A stretch of DNA of 64,000 nucleotides from IMG/VR virus record IMGVR_UViG_3300020203_000008, positions 32,001-96,000 of that record; one strand, 5' to 3'. This DNA is from a virus. Every line of letters begins with the position of its first letter. Within the stretch, counting starts at the first letter, position 1. The notes below the pieces were generated by a model. That model was not told where the DNA came from and ran no database searches. It saw nothing but the letters and a program-made list of their open reading frames with translations. The position numbers and the translations under genes are program-made. This document shows, in pieces, positions 1 through 7,453 of this stretch.

Positions 1-2
1 AC

Positions 3-146
3 TATCATAGTGACATCCTCGAAGGGGACTTCCTGGAATGGATTGCCCTCTCGCAGGAAGAAATAGAACTCACTAAAGAACGTGCTCAAAATACCGTAAA
101 GGAACTGGTTAATCTTGGGGTGCCAGGCGGGGCCTGGTCAATCTAG
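3..146 (+). CDS. 3' end of a hypothetical protein (truncated by window edge)
   Basis: Open frame YHSDILEGDFLEWIALSQEEIELTKERAQNTVKELVNLGVPGGAWSI* ending TAG at 144-146, just before the next ATG at 151. Confidence 0.55.
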   Translation, partial: YHSDILEGDFLEWIALSQEEIELTKERAQNTVKELVNLGVPGGAWSI

Positions 147-150
147 TGTA

Positions 151-390
151 ATGCTAGATAAGCACGGCGAGAGAAGATACATTCGCTTTGACGAGTATGA
201 ATATTATGAACTTGGCAAGTGTCGTCGCTGTAGTTTGGAAGTAGACGTACTTAATCTTGACGTTGAGATCGAAGCTGCTTACATGATCTGCGATAGCTGT
301 GTTGACGAAATCGAAGTTGCAGATAATGTTAAGGACATTCAGGACTTCTGGGCGTTTAGAGCTGAACTAAAAAACCGTTATTCTAGGTAG
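151..390 (+). CDS. hypothetical protein with two CxxC motifs
   Basis: ORF track 115..390; ATG 151 follows the previous stop; CRRC and CDSC motifs. Confidence 0.6.
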   Translation: MLDKHGERRYIRFDEYEYYELGKCRRCSLEVDVLNLDVEIEAAYMICDSCVDEIEVADNVKDIQDFWAFRAELKNRYSR

Positions 391-468
391 GTCCGGCATT
401 GGAGCGCCAAGCAGTTTCGAAAACTGTGGACCGTAATAGGTCTGGGGGTTCGATTCCCTCCCCTACCG
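386..468 (+). tRNA. tRNA-Ser(CGA)
   Basis: Acceptor GGTAGGT/CCCTACC (one mismatch), anticodon arm GCAGT-TTCGAAA-ACTGT, long variable arm, T-loop TTCGATT, discriminator G; no encoded CCA. Confidence 0.85.
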
Positions 469-526
469 CTCGATGGTCGTTATAATGACCATGAAACCCC
501 TTTAGAGAAAGTATATTTTCCATCCG

Positions 527-609
527 GGAAGCTGCCAGGGAATGGTCCCTAACCAGGTTTGAACCCTGGGGTACGGTAAAACGTAGGCGTTCGATCCGTC
601 CAGTTTCCG
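527..609 (+). tRNA. tRNA-Ser(TGA)
   Basis: Acceptor GGAAGCT/AGTTTCC, anticodon arm CCAGG-TTTGAAC-CCTGG, long variable arm, TTCGATC T-loop, discriminator G. Confidence 0.85.
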
Positions 610-662
610 CTTCTGACTTCTGCTTTATTACGCAATATGCAAGGATATGATAAACTTTATAA

Positions 663-1469
663 ATGGCGTTGACTGTCGGTTCACTGTTCTCGGGCATCGG
701 TGGTATTGATCTTGGGCTTGAGCGAGCCGGTATGGAAGTCAAATGGCAATCTGAGATTGATGCTTACTGCTCCAAGGTCTTAGCCAAGAAATGGCCTGAG
801 GTTACCAATTATGGGGATATCACACAGATTGATTGGAGCGAAGTAGAAAATGTCGATGTCATCTGCGGGGGATTCCCCTGTCAGCCATTCAGCGTCGCGG
901 GGAAGAAACTCGGAACCGCCGATAAACGGTGGCTCTGGCCAGAATTTCATAATGCCATTTGCGAGTTACGACCAAGGTTCGTCCTCGTGGAAAACGTTCC
1001 GGGCCTCCTTATGGGGGGAGGAATCAATACCGTTCTCGGGGACTTGGCCGAAGTCGGGTACGATGCTGAATGGGAAACTATTCCAGCGGCAGCCTTTGGT
1101 GCCCCGCACCTCCGTTACCGGATCTTCCTCCTTGCCTACTCCCAGCGCAACGAGTTACGGATCAAATCAGGGCGGAGCGATGGGGAGGACAGGACCGGTA
1201 CGTATGAGCCTGAATACGATGGCCAGCAAGGGTCTATGGCCGACTCCGATAGCTCGGGATTCTCGGTCTTTCAAGGGCGCTATGCGGTCGAAGAACTCAG
1301 AAGGATCCGAGCCTCTTATAATAATGGTTGGTGGGCCGTTGAACCCGACGTGGGTCGAGTGGCTCATGGGGTTCCCAAGCGGGTGGACCGACTTAAAAGC
1401 CTCGGAAACGCCGTAGTTCCTCAAATGGCTGAATGGGTTGGCCGCTGCGTAGTGAAAGCGTTTGGGTAG
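663..1469 (+). CDS. DNA cytosine-5 methyltransferase (alpha-type polypeptide)
   Basis: Motif I SLFSGIGG, catalytic GGFPCQPFS, ENV, HLRYRIF, motif X LGNAVVPQ; motif IX is missing from this frame. Confidence 0.92.
   Translation: MALTVGSLFSGIGGIDLGLERAGMEVKWQSEIDAYCSKVLAKKWPEVTNYGDITQIDWSEVENVDVICGGFPCQPFSVAGKKLGTADKRWLWPEFHNAICELRPRFVLVENVPGLLMGGGINTVLGDLAEVGYDAEWETIPAAAFGAPHLRYRIFLLAYSQRNELRIKSGRSDGEDRTGTYEPEYDGQQGSMADSDSSGFSVFQGRYAVEELRRIRASYNNGWWAVEPDVGRVAHGVPKRVDRLKSLGNAVVPQMAEWVGRCVVKAFG
850..1416 (+). CDS. nested alternate-frame methyltransferase beta polypeptide (TRD-like segment plus motif IX); exact start uncertain
   Basis: Same-strand ORF inside the MTase gene with LPTP/WPTP repeats and LNPTWVEWLMGFPSGWT (motif IX-like); same arrangement as M.EcoHK31I alpha/beta. 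Confidence 0.7.
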   Translation: MSMSSAGDSPVSHSASRGRNSEPPINGGSGQNFIMPFASYDQGSSSWKTFRASLWGEESIPFSGTWPKSGTMLNGKLFQRQPLVPRTSVTGSSSLPTPSATSYGSNQGGAMGRTGPVRMSLNTMASKGLWPTPIARDSRSFKGAMRSKNSEGSEPLIIMVGGPLNPTWVEWLMGFPSGWTDLKASETP

Positions 1470-1546
1470 ATATCCGAATGGTTAGGAACCTCATTGGAAA
1501 TGAGGCGCGGTGAAAACCGTTGCGGGTTCGATCCCCGTGTCTACCG
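1465..1546 (+). tRNA. tRNA-Ser(GGA)
   Basis: Acceptor GGTAGAT/GTCTACC, anticodon arm CCTCA-TTGGAAA-TGAGG, long variable arm, TTCGATC T-loop. Confidence 0.88.
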
Positions 1547-1566
1547 CTTGAGTGCTATAATGTTAA

Positions 1567-1845
1567 ATGCCTTATATTAAGAATTATCCGAAGAGGGAAA
1601 AGTTTGAGCAGTGGCTCGCTATCCTTCCATATGTCGAGTCCAAGGGTGAACTCACGTATCTGATAGATATGCTAATGATCAGATACATTCGAGACAATCC
1701 TGAGGGTCTTCGCTATCAAACTTCCTCGGATGCGATGGCAGCCTGTCGGGATGCCGAGTCTGAATGGCAGCAGCAGGTTCATCGACCCTATGAGGATTCG
1801 AAGATCACAGAAGAGACCGATCTGCCTTGGCCAAAATTCGGTTGA
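1567..1845 (+). CDS. hypothetical phage protein (MPYIK-type N-terminus)
   Basis: 92-aa ORF downstream of a TATAAT box. Confidence 0.7.
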   Translation: MPYIKNYPKREKFEQWLAILPYVESKGELTYLIDMLMIRYIRDNPEGLRYQTSSDAMAACRDAESEWQQQVHRPYEDSKITEETDLPWPKFG

Positions 1846-1870
1846 CGGTCAACGACTGATCACATAGAGT
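1842..1870 (+). promoter_or_regulatory. SigA/sigma70-like promoter
   Basis: TTGACG-N17-TAGAGT upstream of a hairpin and tRNA-Thr. Confidence 0.6.
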
Positions 1871-1940
1871 TGCCATTGAAGGCAGGAGGAAGCGGACTTG
1901 GTAATTGCCATTGACCTGCGGGGCCTCCTGCCTTCATTAT

Positions 1941-2015
1941 GCCTCCGTAGTGCTAATGGCAACACGATTCTTTCGTAAAGAATAATCCGAGGTTCGACTC
2001 CTCGCGGGGGCTCCA
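1941..2015 (+). tRNA. tRNA-Thr(CGT)
   Basis: Acceptor GCCTCCG/CGGGGGC, anticodon arm ATTCT-TTCGTAA-AGAAT, T arm CGAGG-TTCGACT-CCTCG, encoded CCA. Confidence 0.92.
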
Positions 2016-2410
2016 TGGAACCAACGCCTGTATCTTCTTCTGCCCTAAACCCTCAGGATTTCGAGATACGTAAGAGTGATAATTCATTCGCATTGGACCG
2101 TAAATCCTATACTAGGGTTATTTACCGGCCTACAAATAAGATGCTCTTAGAGTTCATAGGCGACAAGAAGGTCGTTGTGTGTTACTCGGTACTGAACGGG
2201 GATAAGATTGCCATTGAACGGTATAGCACCATTCTCTGGAGTAGGACTCAACCTGACAAAATTAAGGAAGAAGTTCTACGGCTCGTTGCGACCTTTCTAA
2301 TCTGTCCTTATTGTCATAAAAATTGGGGACCGATCTGCAACATCTGTGCTGACGAGAAAGCCGATGAAGTCGTTCGTACATACTTACAGTTGAAGAGAGG
2401 TTTCAGATGA
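2015..2410 (+). CDS. hypothetical protein with C-terminal Zn-finger (CPYC...CNIC)
   Basis: 131-aa ORF, stop overlaps the next start. Confidence 0.6.
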   Translation: MEPTPVSSSALNPQDFEIRKSDNSFALDRKSYTRVIYRPTNKMLLEFIGDKKVVVCYSVLNGDKIAIERYSTILWSRTQPDKIKEEVLRLVATFLICPYCHKNWGPICNICADEKADEVVRTYLQLKRGFR

Positions 2411-2661
2411 TGCCTGACACAACGAACCCAGAACTTCAACAATTAATCTCCGGGCTCATGGCAGCCCAAAGGGGCCAATACTTTCCTCGAACGAGTGAAC
2501 GGAATTGGCCGGTAGCTGAGGACAAGATCAAATCCCTGGAGCTTAAGGTAGCGAAACTGGAATTTCTGATTGCTAAACTGATGGAAGGTTCGATCGATCC
2601 AGAAACCATTGAGGCTACCCGTGAGGGATGGTACCTAGTCCAGATTGTCGGTGAGACTTAA
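2407..2661 (+). CDS. hypothetical protein
   Basis: 84-aa ORF, ATGA overlap with upstream gene. Confidence 0.6.
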   Translation: MMPDTTNPELQQLISGLMAAQRGQYFPRTSERNWPVAEDKIKSLELKVAKLEFLIAKLMEGSIDPETIEATREGWYLVQIVGET

Positions 2662-2977
2662 GTCACTGAGAAACTTCAGTGTTGGCATGTTTAGGACGAT
2701 TACTGGTGTGGTAAAGTGGTCATCAAGCTTCCACCCCCAAGTTCTGGGTTTGGTGGAGAGACAGAAGCTGGGCGGGCAGATCCCCGCCCAGCAGTCTCAT
2801 TTTTGGGCTGGGAATTTTCGTTGCGACCAGAGTGAGACGCGATTCTGCATTCGGCTGAGCTTCACAGTCACTGCACACAGCGGACCTAATAGCAGCTTTC
2901 TTACTGCTCGTGCCTGCCAAGGACGTTGGAATGCGTACTCAGTCTGTTTGGCTTGCTCGCCGTAGGTGTGGACATCG

Positions 2978-3247
2978 CTACTCATTTGGTCCCCGTACTA
3001 TTCTGTAGCCGTTCTCAACCATCCACAGCGATAGCAGTTTGAGAGTGGCGTGGACTACGGACTGGTCATGGGCTCCAGATAGCTCTGGCTCCCCCAGGAT
3101 TGCCAGCACAGCTTCTTGTGGGATGATCTGATCTAGTTGTGCCACTTTATCCGCTCCTCCGTTCCAGGCGGGCTGCATCTTCTTTACGAGCATATGTAAG
3201 ATAGGATGATTCGACATCATCCCTTTGCCTCTAGATCCGTCTAGCAT
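2978..3247 (-). CDS. hypothetical protein (true start may be ~30 nt downstream)
   Basis: Part of a tightly coupled leftward gene run. Confidence 0.6.
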   Translation of the reverse strand: MLDGSRGKGMMSNHPILHMLVKKMQPAWNGGADKVAQLDQIIPQEAVLAILGEPELSGAHDQSVVHATLKLLSLWMVENGYRIVRGPNE

Positions 3248-3486
3248 GAAAACTCTTTAGGATCCTTGATGCAGTAGATCCCGACGTTGTTCTTCTTCGC
3301 TTTGATCTTCTTGATACGGCCCTCTTGGGAGAGATCGGTCATCGCTAAGCTCATGGTCGCATTCGTAACCCGGAACTCATGGGCTACTTCCGTTTGGTAA
3401 ACTTCAGTTAAATGCTGATGTGAGTCTTTAGCCCTACGCCAGAGGTACTCGTGCAGGATCTCCCGATCTAGCTTGCGACCCTGCAT
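3241..3486 (-). CDS. winged helix-turn-helix DNA-binding protein
   Basis: QTEVAHEFRVTNATMSLAMTDLSQEGRI pattern typical of wHTH. Confidence 0.65.
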   Translation of the reverse strand: MQGRKLDREILHEYLWRRAKDSHQHLTEVYQTEVAHEFRVTNATMSLAMTDLSQEGRIKKIKAKKNNVGIYCIKDPKEFSC

Positions 3487-4094
3487 TAGAACGGTTGCCT
3501 TGTTGCTCTGAACTGATCGTGGTCTCTTGTCCAGGCATCTCGTTCTTGTTCTGACATATTACGAAGCCTCTTGCGGTTCTTGATCGTCATAATTGCCCAT
3601 TCGTCAGCGCACCTGTCGCAAACAAAGTGCCCATCCGGAATCCCTTCTTCTAGAATGGGACTTGCTTGAAAACGTGGAACGCTATAATCACAGAACTTAC
3701 ATTCCCGCCATCTAGGACTTTTCCTGCATGGATCGCAAATGTATGCCCAGATTCCACGTTGGTTTGGGTAAGCAGGATGTAGACGTGTGAGTACTTCTTC
3801 TTTGCAGTCGAGACAGATGATTTTAGGTTTTTTGGCCCAAAGATTGGGCTCATCGAAGTAGTTGTGGAAACAAGCCATATGAAAGTATTGGCGCATGGTG
3901 AATATCTGCCCACCTTTTTTAGGCTTTATAGTTCTGCCTGTTCCATACATGACAACCATCCGACGCTCACCTTTTATGATTCGGTGATGACAGATGCTGC
4001 ACGAACACATTCTTCGAACGTCGTCAGAAAAGATTGTGAAACTAGCATGAGGTAGTGGCAGGGCTCTGATGTTCCAATGACGAGGTTTATGCAC
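3486..4094 (-). CDS. multi-Cys zinc-finger hypothetical protein
   Basis: Several CxxC/HxxC motifs over 202 aa; coupled to neighbours. Confidence 0.65.
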   Translation of the reverse strand: MHKPRHWNIRALPLPHASFTIFSDDVRRMCSCSICHHRIIKGERRMVVMYGTGRTIKPKKGGQIFTMRQYFHMACFHNYFDEPNLWAKKPKIICLDCKEEVLTRLHPAYPNQRGIWAYICDPCRKSPRWRECKFCDYSVPRFQASPILEEGIPDGHFVCDRCADEWAIMTIKNRKRLRNMSEQERDAWTRDHDQFRATRQPF

Positions 4095-4365
4095 GGTTCA
4101 TCCTGTTCTTAAAAGCGGGGGCTGCGAGAAAGGCTACGGCTTTTTTCGAAGGGACTTTCACTTCTTCACGAGTTTTAGGATTTACCCGAACTACTTCTTG
4201 GCGTTGTCGAGGTACGAATCTTCCGAAGTTGGGGATAGTGACCGATTCACCACAGGCCAGGCTCAGTTGGATCGTCGCCAGGATCGTGTCCAGGATCTCC
4301 TCCACTTTCGGATTCGCTATTCCGGTTGCGTCTACGGCTACCTGGATAAGGTCTGAGCGATTCAT
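4087..4365 (-). CDS. hup: HU/IHF-family histone-like DNA-binding protein
   Basis: MNRSDLI...VTIPNFGRF...RVNPKTREEVKVPSKKAVAFLAAPAFK matches the HU signature. Confidence 0.9.
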   Translation of the reverse strand: MNRSDLIQVAVDATGIANPKVEEILDTILATIQLSLACGESVTIPNFGRFVPRQRQEVVRVNPKTREEVKVPSKKAVAFLAAPAFKNRMNRA

Positions 4366-4564
4366 CCTTCTCCTGAATGGGGGAGATGACTCCTACGGCG
4401 TCGAAGTCTGCTTGCTCTGCTGGTCTTAAATTAATTCCACAAGCGGGACAGAAGTAGTTGTAGATCTGGGATGGCAGAGCCACCCACCATGTACACCAGC
4501 ATCGCCCGCGGATCGTTCCGGGTGGTAGTGGTTCTAAAGTTTCCTGCTGCTGCTCGCCGCTCAC
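4247..4564 (-). CDS. hypothetical Zn-ribbon protein (C-terminus overlaps HU gene)
   Basis: CWC...CPACG motifs; GTG start overlaps upstream TGA. Confidence 0.5.
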   Translation of the reverse strand: MSGEQQQETLEPLPPGTIRGRCWCTWWVALPSQIYNYFCPACGINLRPAEQADFDAVGVISPIQEKDESLRPYPGSRRRNRNSESESGGDPGHDPGDDPTEPGLW

Positions 4565-4719
4565 AGGTAGCGCTCATTAGGCCAAATCGTGATTACTGAA
4601 ACTGAACCTGTACCGTGACACTTAGAACAGCTCGGTGCGAGATGCCAACTGAACGAGCACTCGCTACAAGGGATGCGCGGGTAGAATTGAAATTCCTTTT
4701 CGAGGAGACTTTTGTTCAT
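4561..4719 (-). CDS. 52-aa protein with DnaJ-like CxxC...CxxCxGxG zinc finger (below ORF-track cutoff)
   Basis: Manual translation MNKSLLEKEFQFYPRIPCSECSFSWHLAPSCSKCHGTGSVSVITIWPNERYL*; stop overlaps next GTG. Confidence 0.65.
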   Translation of the reverse strand: MNKSLLEKEFQFYPRIPCSECSFSWHLAPSCSKCHGTGSVSVITIWPNERYL

Positions 4720-4867
4720 ACTACCAAGAGTTTCTCATGCGTTGGCCCTTGTTGCAAGTATGTAGTTCCTTGCGTTGTCCAGTTTCTCCGCCCATACTGG
4801 GAAGTCGAATCTAAGAAGTCAGATTAAGTAAGTCAGGTTGACCTTGCCGGGAAGGTATGATCCCGGC

Positions 4868-5122
4868 GCTGAGCAGATGCTGTAGTGATCTCAGGCTCAC
4901 CTGTCACCGTAGACAGGAGAGAGCCTGGTCATGATGTCCCTTTCGGGGGACCTCTCGCTGCGAGGGCAGGCGCACGGAAACGTGTTAGCTGGTTCTGCCT
5001 GAATTAACTCTTGTAAGAGACCAGAACGTGCGTAAGTCTTTAAACTGTGCAGCTCCGTTACGCTCCCGGTAGGGGGGACACCTGCGTCTAGGTAGGTTTC
5101 ACCCGAAGGGTTGTCTTTGCTC
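4868..5122 (+). ncRNA. putative structured non-coding RNA of unknown class
   Basis: Nested helices, UUCG and GAAA loops, 5'/3' closing stem and an upstream TATGAT box in an ORF-free region (see findings). Confidence 0.45.
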
Positions 5123-5295
5123 GATCGCTCGCGATCGTCGGCCGTAGGCCGCTGGGGTTGACCTTTCCTGCGCCTGCGGCGCGGGTCACAACGGCCTTCG
5201 GCCTAAAAAGATGGCTGCAAAAGGGTGCTTGTTCCGCTTGGTTGTTTGGTGTATCTTGTCGATAACGTATTAGTCCCGCTTGTTGTGGAGGGTCT

Positions 5296-5514
5296 GTGCA
5301 GTTCCGGATTGGTGAGCGTGTTCGTAACTTATTGAATGGTGTTGAGGGTACGGTTGTTCAGGTGTTTCCTGACACTTGTGGCCCGAGGCGTGATGGATCC
5401 ACAGTATTAGTTGATTATGATGCTGTGGTAACATTTGAGGACGATGAGGATGTCGTTGTTGTTCCGGCGCGGCAGGGTCATTCGTTTCGTCGCTTCCTAC
5501 AGAAGGTTGAGTAG
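5296..5514 (+). CDS. small SH3/KOW-like hypothetical protein
   Basis: FRIGERVRN...GTVVQV pattern; GGAGG RBS. Confidence 0.6.
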   Translation: MQFRIGERVRNLLNGVEGTVVQVFPDTCGPRRDGSTVLVDYDAVVTFEDDEDVVVVPARQGHSFRRFLQKVE

Positions 5515-6834
5515 GTGAATTATTTCACTGCGTGTGAGCGTTGTGGTGATCGGTTTGAATCGAAGCCTGGTAAGCGTTTCTGTAAGGAAGGTTGCCGAAA
5601 GGCTTATAATAAGAAGGCTACTCGTGCAGCCGTGAGTTCTGGTGGTGTGACGGCTTCTCAGGGTTATGAGCGGATCCGGAAGCTTCTTGAAGATAACGAT
5701 ATCCCTGGAGATGCTATCGGTGAAGTGAAAACGATTCGTCTTAATGAGTGGACTGCTCTCGCTAAGGGTGAGATGGTTTTCGATGAGAGCGGGAAGGGAC
5801 ATCGGGAAGCTACTCGGGAAGTTCCGATGAAGTCGGCTTCGATTCTTCTTTCGCCTTCTTGGGCGGAGGGGCCGAAGTGGCCTGTTGTGCAGTCTGCTCC
5901 TCTTAATGTGAAGCCCTTGAAATCTAGGGCGAAGAAACGTCCTTCGGTTGGCTGGAAGACTGCGTTGATCTTGCCGGATCCGCAGGTTGGGTATCGTCGT
6001 GACATTCAGACCGGCGAGTTGGATCCGTTCCATGATCTGCGTGCGATTGATGTCGCTAATCAGATCTTGGCGGATGTCATTCCTGACACGGTGATTCTGT
6101 TGGGGGATTGCCTTGATTTTGCTCCTTTCGGGCGGTTTGTTCAGGAGCCATCGTTTGCTTTGACGATCCAACCAGCGATTAATTATATGGGTGCTTGGCT
6201 GGAACAGATGCGGTTTACCCTTCCAGATGCTGACATGCGGTTCATTGAAGGTAACCACGATCTTCGTTTGCAGACATCTATTATCAATAATGCTGCCGCA
6301 GCTTTCGGTATTAAGGCTGCTAATAAGCCAGATTCGTGGCCCGTATTAAGCGTCCCTAACCTCTTAAATCTGGATGCTCTTAATATTCAGTATGTCTCAG
6401 GGTATCCTGCCGGAGCCACCTATCTGAATAATCAGCTCGCCTGTGTCCACGGTTTGAAGGTCAAGTCGGCGGGTTCGACTGCCGCTCAAGTCATTGACGA
6501 CGAACGAGTTTCTACCATTTTTGGGCATGTCCATAGGATCGAGACAGTATATAAGACCAGGAACTCTAGGGGGAAGCCGAAATTCTCGATGGCTCATACT
6601 CCAGGCTGTTTGGCTCGCATTGATGGTGGAGTACCTTCAACAAAATCTGGTATCGATCCTCATGGGCATCCCGTCAAATCGTTTGAAAACTGGCAACAAT
6701 CAGTCAGTTTGGTGCGATATGAAGAAGGCGATGGCCGGTTTGCTATTGAGAGCATCCCGATTTGGGAAGGTTGGGCTCTCTATAATGCTAAAGAATATCG
6801 TTCCCAAGTCGATATGAAAGGGATGGCTGTCTAA
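5515..6834 (+). CDS. calcineurin-like metallophosphoesterase with N-terminal Cys motif
   Basis: PDPQVG, LGDCLD, GNHD, HG and GHVH motifs. Confidence 0.85.
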   Translation: MNYFTACERCGDRFESKPGKRFCKEGCRKAYNKKATRAAVSSGGVTASQGYERIRKLLEDNDIPGDAIGEVKTIRLNEWTALAKGEMVFDESGKGHREATREVPMKSASILLSPSWAEGPKWPVVQSAPLNVKPLKSRAKKRPSVGWKTALILPDPQVGYRRDIQTGELDPFHDLRAIDVANQILADVIPDTVILLGDCLDFAPFGRFVQEPSFALTIQPAINYMGAWLEQMRFTLPDADMRFIEGNHDLRLQTSIINNAAAAFGIKAANKPDSWPVLSVPNLLNLDALNIQYVSGYPAGATYLNNQLACVHGLKVKSAGSTAAQVIDDERVSTIFGHVHRIETVYKTRNSRGKPKFSMAHTPGCLARIDGGVPSTKSGIDPHGHPVKSFENWQQSVSLVRYEEGDGRFAIESIPIWEGWALYNAKEYRSQVDMKGMAV

Positions 6835-7016
6835 TGGCTGCTGCATCAGAAGTGTGGGTTTATAAAGGCAATAATGGCAAGTGGTGGTGGAGGGCGAAGT
6901 CGAAGAACTACAAGATCATCGGCGCGTCTGAGCAAGGTTTCCGTTACCGGTGGTATGCGGTCAAGAGGGCCAGGAGTGCTTTCCCGGATACCCCAGTAAT
7001 CATCGATATCGGTTAG
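6834..7016 (+). CDS. YegP/DUF1508-like small protein
   Basis: VYK...GKWWWRAKSKNYKIIGASEQGF resembles the DUF1508 consensus. Confidence 0.7.
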   Translation: MAAASEVWVYKGNNGKWWWRAKSKNYKIIGASEQGFRYRWYAVKRARSAFPDTPVIIDIG

Positions 7017-7027
7017 AAGGGCTTAAA

Positions 7028-7453
7028 ATGACGAGAGCTAGAAGTATGGCGGCAGCAGCAATTGTTGTAGTCAACGCTATTGTGTTATTTATTGCAAGCT
7101 TTGATAGTATTGATTGGTCCGATGCTCAAGTCGGACTTGTCATGTTGGAAGCTACTACTATCACTGCTCTGATGTTGGCTATATACAACCATTTCCTTCC
7201 GGCTACTAAGCGAGAGTCTGTAGCTATTGGCAGCAGTCTTATTGCAGTGGCAGCGTCAACGACGGGGCTTCTTACTGGATTCCAATTGTGGTCCCTGAAT
7301 GACGCTCAGAACAGTTTGCTCGTCGGTGTTGTAGTGGCTGTTATTGGGTTGGCAACGGCTATGTTTGTGCGTGAGCAAGTGACTGCTTCTATGTCCCCTC
7401 CGACAGACTCGGCTAACGAGCACTACAAGGGCAACATTGATGGGGAAGTCTGA
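7028..7453 (+). CDS. 4-TM membrane protein, holin-like
   Basis: Four hydrophobic segments in two internal repeats (WSxxQxxLxV); directly upstream of the endolysin. Confidence 0.6.
   Translation: MTRARSMAAAAIVVVNAIVLFIASFDSIDWSDAQVGLVMLEATTITALMLAIYNHFLPATKRESVAIGSSLIAVAASTTGLLTGFQLWSLNDAQNSLLVGVVVAVIGLATAMFVREQVTASMSPPTDSANEHYKGNIDGEV

Noticed and set aside
120-160. Two small hairpins (CCAGGC/GCCTGG, TCTAG/CTAGA) as an ncRNA
   Set aside because: They fall within or across coding frames (3..146 and 151..390) and are short enough to arise by chance
383-742. Minus-strand 119-aa ORF
   Set aside because: Antisense to two tRNA genes and the methyltransferase start; shadow ORF
4868-5122. Group I/II intron, tmRNA or RNase P
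   Set aside because: AGAGACCAGA loosely resembles the group I R element, but there is no ordered P/Q/R/S set, no interrupted gene, no tRNA-like ends and no RNase P conserved motifs
5497-6258. 253-aa minus-strand ORF
   Set aside because: Antisense shadow of the metallophosphoesterase, favoured by the local G+T bias; no recognisable motifs
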